Below the pieces are notes generated by a model. It saw only the letters and a list, made by a program, of their open reading frames with translations. It did not search any database and was not told where the DNA came from. From an uncultured Janthinobacterium sp. (GTDB lineage: Bacteria; Vulcanimicrobiota; Vulcanimicrobiia; Vulcanimicrobiales; Vulcanimicrobiaceae): a DNA stretch of 19,837 nucleotides. Below are positions 1 to 8,923 of the stretch, piece by piece; the first letter of the stretch is position 1, and each line of letters starts with the position of its first letter. A program made the translations under genes and the position numbers. Location: assembly GCA_964658025.1 (NCBI GenBank), contig CAZZXB010000038.1:1-19837 (forward strand), in the 5' to 3' direction.

Positions 1-1581
1 CCGGCGACCGCCGCGACGCCCGCGACGACGCCGGTGCCCGCCGCGACCTACGCGACGTCGGCCGGGGCGCCGATCGCCTTCGTTCCGCTCGACGACCGGC
101 CGGTGACCTACCAACTCCCGATCGTGCTCGGCGCGATCGCGGGTCAACCCGTGCTGACGCCGCCGCGCGCGACGATCGGCAATTACTTGCGACCGGGCGA
201 CGGCGACGCGATCCTGCGCTGGCTCGCGTCGCCCGAGACGGTCGACGCGGGCGCGCTCGTCGTCTCGCTCGACATGATCGCGTACGGCGGGCTCGTCGCA
301 TCGCGGATCCCCGGCATCACCGCGGGCGAGGCGTCCGTGCGCTTACGCGATCTCGCGGCGCTCCGTCGTTCGCGCGCGTACGGATTCGTCGGCGCGTTCG
401 GAACGGTGATGCGTCTCGCGCCGACGGGCGTTCCGAAACTCGGTCTCGCGACCGACTATTACGCGACGGGCGAAACGGTCGACGCGATCCAAGCCTACGC
501 GAACCTCCCCGATCCGCAAACGACGACGTCCGATCGCGACAAGGCCGCGCGTCTGCGCGAGAAGATCGGCGAGCGGACGCTCGACGCCTACCTCGCGACG
601 CGCGCGCGCGATCGCGACGTCGATGCGTGGGCGCTGCAACTCGCGGCCGAAGGCGGCTTCGATCGAATCGTGATCGGTCAGGACGACGCCGGGCCGACGG
701 GTCTGCATCTCAAGGACGTCGCGGCGTTGCGGCGCACGGCGCGCGCCTTCGATCTCGGTCCGCGCGCGTCGATCGAACCCGGTGCGGACGAACTCGGGAT
801 GGTGTTGCTCGCGCAGGCGTTCGCGCGCAACGTCGGCTGGAAGCCGAGCGTCCGCGTCGTGTACTCGCGCCCGGATGGTGGGAACGTGAACGACCGTCTC
901 GAGTTCGAACCGGTCGACGCGACGATCGGCCGGCTCATCCTCGCGTGCGGCGCGCACCGCGTCGAAAGCGGCGCGGACATCACGCTTTTCGTGCGCGTCG
1001 GCGAGACGGCCGATGCCGACGAGCGCGCGTTCGAGGACGCGATCGCGGCGGCGGTCGCCGCGGGCCCGGGCTCGACCGTCGCCGATCTCACGTTTCTCGA
1101 CGGCGAGCCGGGTCCCGGTCAGCGCGAGTTGACGGAGGCGCTCGTCGATCGCGGCATCGCGGGAAAGCTCGACGGGTTCGCGTCCTGGAACACGGATGCC
1201 AATACCGTCGGCACGTCGCTCGCCGCGGCGATCGCCGTCGGCGCGGGCCGTCGCGCGGGTCGCCTCGACGAACGCGCGCTCGCGCAGTTCATGCTCGACC
1301 GATACGTCGACGACTACGCGTTCCATCAGTTCGTGCGCCCCGATCTCAACCGCGCGCTCCGCGCCGACGGCTTCGACACGACGTTACTGCTCCCGGGCGT
1401 CGCGCGCGAGGCATCGTCCGAGAATCGCGCGGCGCTCTGGCCCCACGCCCTCGATCTCCTCGCGCGGATCTATCCGCAGTACCGAGACGCGGGCCTCACG
1501 ATCACGCTCCCGTGGGACCGAACGTTCGAAACCGAGATCGACGTGCGCTTACGCCACGGGGCCGCGCACGTCGGCCGTTAG
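1..1581 (+). CDS. DUF4127-family protein (5'-truncated; frame open to the window edge)
   Basis: N-terminal IAFVPLDDRPV, SLDMIAYGGLVASR, GQDD, PGADE and FASWNTDANTVG motifs resemble DUF4127 proteins. Frame 1 has no stop from nt 1 (PATAATPATTPVP...), so the true start is probably upstream. Confidence 0.75.
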   Translation, partial: PATAATPATTPVPAATYATSAGAPIAFVPLDDRPVTYQLPIVLGAIAGQPVLTPPRATIGNYLRPGDGDAILRWLASPETVDAGALVVSLDMIAYGGLVASRIPGITAGEASVRLRDLAALRRSRAYGFVGAFGTVMRLAPTGVPKLGLATDYYATGETVDAIQAYANLPDPQTTTSDRDKAARLREKIGERTLDAYLATRARDRDVDAWALQLAAEGGFDRIVIGQDDAGPTGLHLKDVAALRRTARAFDLGPRASIEPGADELGMVLLAQAFARNVGWKPSVRVVYSRPDGGNVNDRLEFEPVDATIGRLILACGAHRVESGADITLFVRVGETADADERAFEDAIAAAVAAGPGSTVADLTFLDGEPGPGQRELTEALVDRGIAGKLDGFASWNTDANTVGTSLAAAIAVGAGRRAGRLDERALAQFMLDRYVDDYAFHQFVRPDLNRALRADGFDTTLLLPGVAREASSENRAALWPHALDLLARIYPQYRDAGLTITLPWDRTFETEIDVRLRHGAAHVGR

Positions 1582-1595
1582 CGCGTCGCGACGCG

Positions 1596-2090
1596 TTATT
1601 GCTCGCTCTGCGCCCGTTCGGCCGGAGCGTCGCCCGGGATGCCGGCGCGTTGTTGTAACGCGCCGGCGGTCCGGAGCGCGAGATCTGCGGAGGGCTGACA
1701 GAGCTCGACGAGCGAGCCGCCCGTGCTTTTGGGGTGGAGGAAGGCGATCGTGTTGCCGTGCGCGCCCGGGCGCGGGATCTCGTCGATCAGTCGGACGCCC
1801 TTGGCCTTGAGTTTCGCGAGCTCGCTCGCGACGTCGCGGACGCGGTAGGCGGTATGGTGGAGTTTCGTCTCGGCGTCGCCGCGGAAACGCGCGATCGGCG
1901 ATTCCGCGCTGAGCGGGAGCAGTAATTCGATAATGGAGTCTCCCGCGCGCAGGCCCGCGGCCTCGATCCCCTGATCCGCGACGATCTCGCGATAGACGAG
2001 TTCGAAGCCGAGCGTCTCCGTATAGAGCGCGATCGCCGCTTCGAGGTCGCGGACCACGAGCGCGACGTGATCGATCGTGTAGCCGTTCAT
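1596..2090 (-). CDS. mce: Methylmalonyl-CoA epimerase (VOC family), 164 aa
   Basis: MNGYTIDHVALVV...IELLLP...LHHTAYRV...PRPGAHG..IAFLHPKSTGGSLVELCQ. ATG at 2090 lies 1 nt after the mutase stop. The longer ORF-track start (2591) overlaps the mutase and is spurious. Confidence 0.9.
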   Translation of the reverse strand: MNGYTIDHVALVVRDLEAAIALYTETLGFELVYREIVADQGIEAAGLRAGDSIIELLLPLSAESPIARFRGDAETKLHHTAYRVRDVASELAKLKAKGVRLIDEIPRPGAHGNTIAFLHPKSTGGSLVELCQPSADLALRTAGALQQRAGIPGDAPAERAQSEQ

Positions 2091-2091
2091 C

Positions 2092-3699
2092 TCAGGCGAC
2101 CTCGAGGGCGACGTGCTTGCCGAAGACGCCGCGGAGGACGTCGCAGACCTCGCCGAGCGTCGCGCCGGCGTCGACGGCTTCGAGAAAGCGCGGCATGAGA
2201 TTCGCCGTGCCCTCGGCCGCTTCGCGTATCTCGTCGAGGCGCGCGCGCACGATCGCGTCGTCGCGTTCCGCGCGATACGCGCGCACGCGCGCGACCTGCT
2301 CGCGCTCGATCGAGGCGTCGATCCGTTGGAGATCCATCTCCACGCCGTCCGCGTCGGGTTCGGCGAAGGCGTTGACGCCGACGACGACGCTCTCGCCGTC
2401 TTCGATCGCGCGCTGCGCGCGGTAGGCCGATTCCGAGATGCGCGCCTGCATCCAGCCGCGCTCGATCGCCTCGACCGCACCGCCGAGTTCGTCGACCTCG
2501 GCGATGAGCGCGCGCGCGCGCGCGTCGACTTCGGCCGTGAGCGCCTCGACGTAATACGAACCCGCGAGCGGATCGACCACGCTCGCCGCACCGCTCTCGT
2601 AGGCGACGATCTGCTGCGTGCGGAGCGCGAGCCTCGCGGATTCGGCCGTGGGCAGCGCGAGCGCTTCGTCTTTGCCGTTCGTGTGCAGCGATTGCGTTCC
2701 GCCGAGGACCGCCGCGAGCGCCTGTAACGTCACGCGGACGACGTTGTTGTCCGGCTCTTGCGCCGTGAGCGTCGAACCGCCGGTCTGCGTGTGAAAGCGC
2801 AACGTCTGCGAGCGCGGGTCGGTCGAGCCGAATTCGTCGCGCACGATGTGAGCCCAGATCCCGCGCGCGGCGCGGAACTTCGCGACCTCCTCGAAGAGAT
2901 CGTTGTGCGCGTTCCAAAAGAACGAGATGCGCGGCGCGACCGTGTCGATCGCGAGCCCGGCGTCGCGTGCGGCGCGCAAGTACGCTTTCGCGTTGGAGAG
3001 CGTGAACGCGATCTCTTCGACCGCGGTCGAGCCCGCCTCGCGAATGTGATAGCCCGAGATCGAGATCGTGTTCCACTGCGGCACTTCGGCCGCGCAGTAG
3101 GCCATGACGTCCGTGACGAGTCGCATCGAGGGCTTCGGCGGATAGATGTACGTCCCGCGCGCGACGTACTCTTTGAGGACGTCGTTTTGAATCGTTCCGC
3201 CGAGTTTCGCGAACGGAATGCCGCGCCGGCGTGCGACGGCGAGCACCATCGCGAGCAAGATCGCGGCGGGCGCGTTGATCGTCATCGACACGGTCACCTC
3301 GTCGAGCGGGATCCCGTCGAAGAGCGTCTCGACGTCGCGCACGTGATCGATCGCGACGCCGACCTTCCCGACCTCGCCGAGTGCGAGCGCGGCGTCGGAA
3401 TCGTGACCGAGTTGGGTCGGGAGATCGAAGGCGACCGAGAGCCCCGTCGTCCCGCGCGCGAGTAAGTAGCGGTAACGCGCGTTCGATTCGGCCGCCGTGG
3501 CGAATCCCGCATATTGGCGCATCGTCCAGAAACGCCCGCGATAGCCCTCCGGCCGGATCCCCCGAACGAATGGAAACGCGCCGGGTTCGCCGACCTCGAC
3601 GCGCGTGCGCTCTGGGTCGACGTCCGCCGGACCGTATTTCGGCTCGATCGTGATCCCGCTCGCGTTGGTCGCCGCCGGGCCCTTGCTCTTCCCTACCAT
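2092..3699 (-). CDS. mcmA: Methylmalonyl-CoA mutase, substrate-binding (large) subunit without the cobalamin-binding domain
   Basis: [68 protein letters not shown]. No DxHxxG B12-binding motif; 535 aa. Confidence 0.92.
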   Translation of the reverse strand: MVGKSKGPAATNASGITIEPKYGPADVDPERTRVEVGEPGAFPFVRGIRPEGYRGRFWTMRQYAGFATAAESNARYRYLLARGTTGLSVAFDLPTQLGHDSDAALALGEVGKVGVAIDHVRDVETLFDGIPLDEVTVSMTINAPAAILLAMVLAVARRRGIPFAKLGGTIQNDVLKEYVARGTYIYPPKPSMRLVTDVMAYCAAEVPQWNTISISGYHIREAGSTAVEEIAFTLSNAKAYLRAARDAGLAIDTVAPRISFFWNAHNDLFEEVAKFRAARGIWAHIVRDEFGSTDPRSQTLRFHTQTGGSTLTAQEPDNNVVRVTLQALAAVLGGTQSLHTNGKDEALALPTAESARLALRTQQIVAYESGAASVVDPLAGSYYVEALTAEVDARARALIAEVDELGGAVEAIERGWMQARISESAYRAQRAIEDGESVVVGVNAFAEPDADGVEMDLQRIDASIEREQVARVRAYRAERDDAIVRARLDEIREAAEGTANLMPRFLEAVDAGATLGEVCDVLRGVFGKHVALEVA

Positions 3700-3781
3700 G
3701 CCCGCTCTTTTGCGCCGTTCCGCCGGGTCTCCCGCGAACAGGCGCGCTCGCGTCGTCGAGGAACCCTGCCCCCGTCCGACT

Positions 3782-4165
3782 ATGACCGATACACTGCAGA
3801 TCGACGTCGCGTTCCCGGCCCGTCCCGAGAGTTCGCCGCGTTTTCGTTCGTCGCTCCGCGCGTTTCTCGAACGGCTACGCGTCGAACGCGAGCGGATCGA
3901 CGACGTCGTGCTCGCCGCCGGCGAGGCGGCGGGGAACGCGATCGAGCACGCGTATGCGGGAAAGCCGGGCTCGGTGCGCCTTCACGCGTTCTTGGTCGGT
4001 AGCCGTCTCGTCGTGGAAGTGTGCGACGAGGGCCGTTGGAGACTCGACGGCGATCCCGAACGCGGTCGGGGGCTCGGCATCATGCGCGCGCTCGTCGATC
4101 GCGTCGCGATCGAGAGTACGCATGCGGGGACGAGCGTGCGGCTCGAACTCGCGCTCTCTCGCTAA
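3782..4165 (+). CDS. RsbW/SpoIIAB-like anti-sigma Ser/Thr kinase (HATPase_c_2), 127 aa
   Basis: N-box [12 protein letters not shown]1 VCDEGRW, G2 [10 protein letters not shown]-terminal GTSVRL. ATG at 3782 (MTDTLQI). Confidence 0.85.
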   Translation: MTDTLQIDVAFPARPESSPRFRSSLRAFLERLRVERERIDDVVLAAGEAAGNAIEHAYAGKPGSVRLHAFLVGSRLVVEVCDEGRWRLDGDPERGRGLGIMRALVDRVAIESTHAGTSVRLELALSR

Positions 4166-4185
4166 CGCGGCCCGCGTCGTTTCCG

Positions 4186-4225
4186 GCGCTCGATCGTGCC
4201 CGGACGCGCTCGCGCGATCGAGCGC
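4186..4225 (+). terminator. 14-bp stem-loop about 20 nt after the kinase stop; possible terminator or 3' stabiliser
   Basis: GCGCTCGATCGTGC (4186-4199) pairs with GCGCGATCGAGCGC (4212-4225) with one G-U pair. The U-tract is weak. Confidence 0.4.
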
Positions 4226-4369
4226 GCGCGATTTCGGGCGGTCGGTCGGCCGCGATCGTCGGGCGGCCGTCGTACACGTTTCGGATCCCGCGCCCTCGCG
4301 CGCTCGCGGCGTCGGCGCGGTAAGAAATCATGGAATTTCTTCGCGCGCGAACGCCTTATCGTTTGTCGA

Positions 4370-6610
4370 TCAACGGGTGACGACGATCCGTTTTTCGAGC
4401 CCGGCGAATAACGGATCGCCGAGCTGCCACAACAGAAAGCTGAATTGGTCGGCGAGGAGCACGTTCGCCTGATCGCGCGTCGTCCCCATGAAGCCGTGCC
4501 CGGCATCGTAGTCGACGCGCAGGAGGATGGGGCGTCCGCTCGTCGTGGCGGCCTGGAGCGCGGCCGTGAACTTCGCGAGCTCCCACGACGAGACGCGCGG
4601 ATCGTTGATCCCCGTATTGAGCATCACGGCGGGATACGACGTGCCGGGCTTCACGTTGAGATACGCGTCCATGTTCAGTAATGGCGCTACTTGGGACGGC
4701 ACGGTCACGCTTCCGAACTCGGGGACGTTCGGCGGGCCGTTCGGCGAGAATTCCGATCGCGCCGCGTCGCTCACGCCGACGATGTCGAGCGCGGCTGCGA
4801 ATAATTCGGGGTGCTCCGTGATCGATCGTCCGATCGTGATCCCACCCGCACTCGTGCCCTCACCCGCGAGATGCGCGGGTGAGGTGTAGCCTTTCGCGAC
4901 GAGATACCGACCGCAGGCGACGAAGTCGTCGATCGTGTGTTGCTTCGTCGCGATCTTGCCCGCGAGATGCCAGTCCTCGCCGAACCATCCGCCGCCGCGC
5001 GGGTGGCAGACGGCGTAGACGCCGCCGCGTTCGAGCCACGCGAAACGCGTGCCGAGAAAGTTCGGCTCGATCTCGAGGCCGTAGGAGCCGTAGCCCTCGA
5101 GATACGCCGGATGCGAACCGTCGCGCACGACGTCCTTGCGCGTGACGATCGAAATCGGGACGCGCGTCCCGTCGGCGCTCGTCGCGAACTCCTCGGTCGA
5201 CGTGTAGGCGGACGTATCGATCGGCGAAGGCGGTCGTAGCCCCGTGTCGGTGACCGTGCCGGCATCCTCGTCGTAGTAGCGTTGCGACGTCGTCCAGTTC
5301 ACGAGGTCGAACGTCACCCCGGCGACGCGCGGGTCGGTCGAGATCGCGTTGATCGTGCCGGCGAACGGAAGCGCTACGGGGATCGCCGCGGCCGTCGCGG
5401 CGCCGTCGGGACCGAGCGGGATGCGCTCGAGGGATGCGAAGCCGCCGGTGCGGGAGCGGACGTAGAGTCCGTCGCTCGCGACGCCGAGTTGTTCCACGAC
5501 GGCGGCGGACGCCGGAACGAGCGTCGGCGCGTGCGCGAGATCGGGACGTGCGAGATCGACGGCGACGACCTTGTAATTGGAAGCGTCGCGATGCGTCAAG
5601 AGATACGCGGTCCGGCCGCGAAAATCGACCGACGTGACGTCGTCGGGGACGTCGGCGATTTTTTTCCACGGAACGCTCGGGTCGACGACGTCCTTCTCGA
5701 GCTTGACGTACAGCGTCGCCTCGTTGAGCACGCCGTGCGAGATCTGGGCGATCGCGTACGGCGACGTGGGCGTCGCGAGGACGACCGGAAAATCGATCGG
5801 GACGATATCGGTCGAGGTCCCGATCCCGAAGCCGAGGACGGCCGGATCCTTGTCGGGATCGGCGCCCAACGTATGGAGGTACGTGACCGGTTTGAGCTCG
5901 GCGTCGTTCGGCGACTCGTTCGGTGCGAGCTTCGGAAAGCGGAGATAGTAGAAGGAGCGCTCGTCCGCGCGCCAACTCTCGATTCCGAGATACTTCGTCC
6001 GATCGATCGCGTCGGGAAGGAGACGGCCCGTCGCCGTCTCGACGACGCGCAGCGTCGCGGCCTCCGAGCCGCCCTCGGTCGCGCCGTAGCCCACGTATTT
6101 GCCGTCGAGCGACGGCGAGAAGTACTCGAGCGAATAATGCTGGCCCGCTTCGGTCACGAGTTTGTCCGGATCGACGAGGACGCGTTCGTTCTGCGATCCG
6201 ACGCGGCGCACGTAGAGGCGGAGCGTGTTCTCGCCGGGGTTACGCTTTTCGTAAAAGTAGTAGTCGCCGTCGCGCTGGACGCCCGTGACGGTTGGGCCCG
6301 CGTTACTGAGTCGGTCGATGCTCGCGAGGATCGTCGCGCGGCCGGGGTCGAGCTTCGCGAGCACCGCGCGCGCGTATGCGTTCTGCGCCTTGAAGTACGC
6401 TTGGACGACCGGATCCGCGGACTTCTCGAAGTAGCGATACGGATCGACGACCTTCGTGCCCGCGAGATCGTCGACGACGGGTCGACGTTCCGCCGCCGGC
6501 GGCCGCTCGGGCCATCCGGGTGCCGCGGCGACCGTGCCGGCCGCGACGGCCGAAGCGGCGGCGCCGCACGTCCAAACGAGCGAGAACGCGAATACGAGAC
6601 GGAGCTTCAT
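4370..6610 (-). CDS. Secreted prolyl oligopeptidase (S9A), 746 aa
   Basis: Signal-peptide-like N-terminus MKLRLVFAFSLVWTCGAAASAVA; VVDPYRYFE; SADGTRVP; YGSYG; RGGG; catalytic GTSAGG (Ser), NDPRV (Asp), DAGHG (His). ATG at 6610 overlaps the upstream stop (ATGA). Confidence 0.92.
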   Translation of the reverse strand: MKLRLVFAFSLVWTCGAAASAVAAGTVAAAPGWPERPPAAERRPVVDDLAGTKVVDPYRYFEKSADPVVQAYFKAQNAYARAVLAKLDPGRATILASIDRLSNAGPTVTGVQRDGDYYFYEKRNPGENTLRLYVRRVGSQNERVLVDPDKLVTEAGQHYSLEYFSPSLDGKYVGYGATEGGSEAATLRVVETATGRLLPDAIDRTKYLGIESWRADERSFYYLRFPKLAPNESPNDAELKPVTYLHTLGADPDKDPAVLGFGIGTSTDIVPIDFPVVLATPTSPYAIAQISHGVLNEATLYVKLEKDVVDPSVPWKKIADVPDDVTSVDFRGRTAYLLTHRDASNYKVVAVDLARPDLAHAPTLVPASAAVVEQLGVASDGLYVRSRTGGFASLERIPLGPDGAATAAAIPVALPFAGTINAISTDPRVAGVTFDLVNWTTSQRYYDEDAGTVTDTGLRPPSPIDTSAYTSTEEFATSADGTRVPISIVTRKDVVRDGSHPAYLEGYGSYGLEIEPNFLGTRFAWLERGGVYAVCHPRGGGWFGEDWHLAGKIATKQHTIDDFVACGRYLVAKGYTSPAHLAGEGTSAGGITIGRSITEHPELFAAALDIVGVSDAARSEFSPNGPPNVPEFGSVTVPSQVAPLLNMDAYLNVKPGTSYPAVMLNTGINDPRVSSWELAKFTAALQAATTSGRPILLRVDYDAGHGFMGTTRDQANVLLADQFSFLLWQLGDPLFAGLEKRIVVTR

Positions 6611-7011
6611 CGATACGCGCTTCGCTTCGTGAAATTGACGGCCCCCCAGGCGTAGATCGCCGCGAGCGCGAGATCGAAGGGCATCGGCGCGATCGTCTTC
6701 CACGTCGCGGGCACGTGCCCGCGCGCGATCTCGAGCGCGGGCAGGGCGACGGCGAAGAGCTGATCGAGCGCGACGATCCAGAGCAACGGCGCGAACCGCG
6801 CGAAATCGCGCGCGATCGCGACGTAGACGAGCGCGACGACGACGAACTCGCCGCCGACGATCGTCGTCAGCGCCGGATCCTTCGTCGGCACGTCGAGTAA
6901 CGGGCCGAGGAGCGGTTGGAAGAAGAGCGCGAGGATCGCGACGGAGCCGTCGACGCACGCACCGACGATCAGCGCGACGCGCAAGATCGCGAGCGCGCGC
7001 GCTCTAGGCAA
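6607..7011 (-). CDS. Small hypothetical membrane protein (about 4 TM segments), 134 aa
   Basis: Four hydrophobic stretches. It fills the gap between the carboxylase and the peptidase with overlaps at both ends. The TTG start is uncertain. Confidence 0.7.
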   Translation of the reverse strand: MPRARALAILRVALIVGACVDGSVAILALFFQPLLGPLLDVPTKDPALTTIVGGEFVVVALVYVAIARDFARFAPLLWIVALDQLFAVALPALEIARGHVPATWKTIAPMPFDLALAAIYAWGAVNFTKRSAYR

Positions 7012-8770
7012 GCGTGACGATCGGCGCGTTCGCTTCGACGGTATCGCCCGGACCCGCGTGGAGCGCTTCCACGGTCCCGGCGCGATGTGCGTTGATCTCG
7101 TTCATCATCTTCATCGCCTCGACGACGGCGACGACCTGACCGGCCGCGAGCTCGTCGCCGACGGCGACGCGGAGTTCGACGACGACGCCGTGCATCGGCG
7201 ACGCGACGTCGTTGCCGCTCGAGGCGCGTCCGTTGCCGCCGGATTTCGCCGCGGGTCGCGGCGCCGCCGGGCGGCCCGACGGACGCTCGGCACGCGCGCT
7301 CGATCGCGGCGCGTCGACGAGTCGGACGCGGAAGAGTTTGTCGTTGACCTCGACGCGGATGACGTCCGGGTTCGTCTCGCCCGGCGCGGCCGGCGTGGCC
7401 GCTACCGCGGGCGCGGCCGGCGCGTCGCCGGGCTTCCAGGTCGCGGCGAACGCCTCGAGCGTCGCGGTTCCGTAACTTCCGTCGACGACGGCCGGCGTTT
7501 CGTTCAAGTCGCGTAGGAACGCGAGCGTCGTCGGAACGCCGCCGATATCGTACTCGTCGATCGCGCGCCGCAAGCGCGCCCGAGCCCGGTCGCGATCGCC
7601 GGCCCACACGATCAACTTCGCGATCATCGAATCGTAATCGGGCGAGATCGTCGTTCCGAGTTCGGCCGCCGCATCGACGCGGACGCCGAGTCCCGCGGGC
7701 TCGCGATATCGGACGATCGTACCGGGCGCGGGACGGAAATTCGCGGCCGGATCTTCGGCGTTCACGCGGATCTCGATCGCGTGACCGCGGGGGCGCACGT
7801 CGTCCTGCGTGAAGCCGAGCGGTTCGCCCGCCGCGACGCGGAGCTGTTCGCGCACGAGATCGAGCCCGCTCGTCATCTCGCTGATCGTGTGCTCGACCTG
7901 GATCCGCGTGTTCATTTCGAGGAAGAAGAACTCGTCGCCGACGACGAGCGTCTCGATCGTGCCGACGCTGTCGTAGCCGATCGCGCGCGCGGCGCGCACG
8001 CCCGCTTCGCGCAGCGCCGTCCGGACGCGATCCGATACGAGCGCCGGCGTCTCTTCGTAGAGTTTTTGGTGCCGACGTTGGAGCGAACAATCGCGCTCGC
8101 CGACGTGGACGACGTTTCCGAACTTGTCGGCGAGGATCTGCAATTCGACGTGCTTGGGATCGTCGAGATAGCGCTCGGCGTACACGGTCGGATTTTTGAA
8201 GTACGCTTCGGCTTCGCGACGCGCGGTCGTGAACGCACCCTCGACTTCGGCCTCCGTGCGCGCGACCTTGAGCCCTTTGCCGCCGCCGCCACCGGAGGCT
8301 TTGAGCGCGAGCGGCAGTCCGTACTCGCGTGCCGCCGCGAGCGCGTCGGCGACCGATTCCAGCGGCGTCGTCGCGCCCGGAACGACCGGGACGCCCGCCT
8401 CGGTCATCGCGATCCGCGAACGGATCTTGTCGCCCATCGCGTCGATGGCGTCCGGATGCGGACCGACCCAGACGAGACCGGCCGCGGCGACGGCGCGCGC
8501 GAACGGTGCGTTCTCCGCGAGAAATCCGTAGCCCGGATGGATCGCGTCGGCATTCGCGCGTCGCGCGATCTCGAGCAAGCGCTCGATCGAGAGATAACTC
8601 TGCGACGGCGCGGCGGGACCGAGCAGATACGCTTCGTCCGCGTATCGGACGTGCATCGCGTCGCGATCGGGTTCGGAATACACGGCGATCGTCACGAGAC
8701 CCATCTCGCGGGCCGTCCGCATCACGCGTAGCGCGATCTCGCCGCGGTTAGCGATCAATAACCGTTTCAT
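7004..8770 (-). CDS. pccA: Acyl-CoA carboxylase alpha subunit (biotin carboxylase fused to biotin carboxyl carrier), 588 aa
   Basis: MKRLLIANRGEIALR, IHPGYGFLAEN, KASGGGGGKG, ERDCSLQRRHQK, FLEMNTRIQVEH, Pro/Ala linker, biotinyl motif EAMKM. ATG at 8770. Confidence 0.93.
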   Translation of the reverse strand: MKRLLIANRGEIALRVMRTAREMGLVTIAVYSEPDRDAMHVRYADEAYLLGPAAPSQSYLSIERLLEIARRANADAIHPGYGFLAENAPFARAVAAAGLVWVGPHPDAIDAMGDKIRSRIAMTEAGVPVVPGATTPLESVADALAAAREYGLPLALKASGGGGGKGLKVARTEAEVEGAFTTARREAEAYFKNPTVYAERYLDDPKHVELQILADKFGNVVHVGERDCSLQRRHQKLYEETPALVSDRVRTALREAGVRAARAIGYDSVGTIETLVVGDEFFFLEMNTRIQVEHTISEMTSGLDLVREQLRVAAGEPLGFTQDDVRPRGHAIEIRVNAEDPAANFRPAPGTIVRYREPAGLGVRVDAAAELGTTISPDYDSMIAKLIVWAGDRDRARARLRRAIDEYDIGGVPTTLAFLRDLNETPAVVDGSYGTATLEAFAATWKPGDAPAAPAVAATPAAPGETNPDVIRVEVNDKLFRVRLVDAPRSSARAERPSGRPAAPRPAAKSGGNGRASSGNDVASPMHGVVVELRVAVGDELAAGQVVAVVEAMKMMNEINAHRAGTVEALHAGPGDTVEANAPIVTLA

Positions 8771-8916
8771 CGCAGGTCCGTCCTCACGCCTTCGGCGCGC
8801 GCGGCGCGGCGCCACGCGGGCGTTTTCTCGGGCGCCGATCCGTCGTCCGGCGGTGCGACGTCGTTCGCGAGCGTGCCGAGCGCGGCAAGGACGGCGGCCA
8901 TCTCTTCCTCTTTCAT
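8767..8916 (-). CDS. Putative acyl-CoA carboxylase epsilon-like small subunit, 49 aa
   Basis: MKEEEMAAVLAAL...TPAWRRAARAEG matches the EExAAxxA...W pattern of epsilon-type subunits. It starts 7 nt after the fabI stop and its TGA overlaps the alpha-subunit ATG. Confidence 0.7.
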   Translation of the reverse strand: MKEEEMAAVLAALGTLANDVAPPDDGSAPEKTPAWRRAARAEGVRTDLR

Positions 8917-8923
8917 ACGGTTT

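Noticed and set aside
133..2036. Frequent GCGATCGC (cyanobacterial HIP1-like) octamers, e.g. at 133, 608, 1039, 1228, 2029
   Set aside because: The copies I checked are in-frame Ala-Ile-Ala or Arg-Asp-Arg codons in CpG-biased DNA. A codon-aware enrichment test would be needed to claim a real repeat.
3714..3723. 10-mer GCGGAACGGC shared upstream of mcm (minus strand) and clpC (11991-12000)
   Set aside because: A GC-rich 10-mer at different distances from the starts and with no matching -10 element; plausible by chance.
4080..4411. Short ORFs in the kinase-peptidase spacer
   Set aside because: No SD, Arg-rich low-complexity translations, and overlap with flanking genes.
6611..6958. 116-aa N-terminal extension of the peptidase in the ORF track
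   Set aside because: It overlaps the membrane protein gene in another frame; ATG 6610 gives a signal peptide and ATGA coupling.
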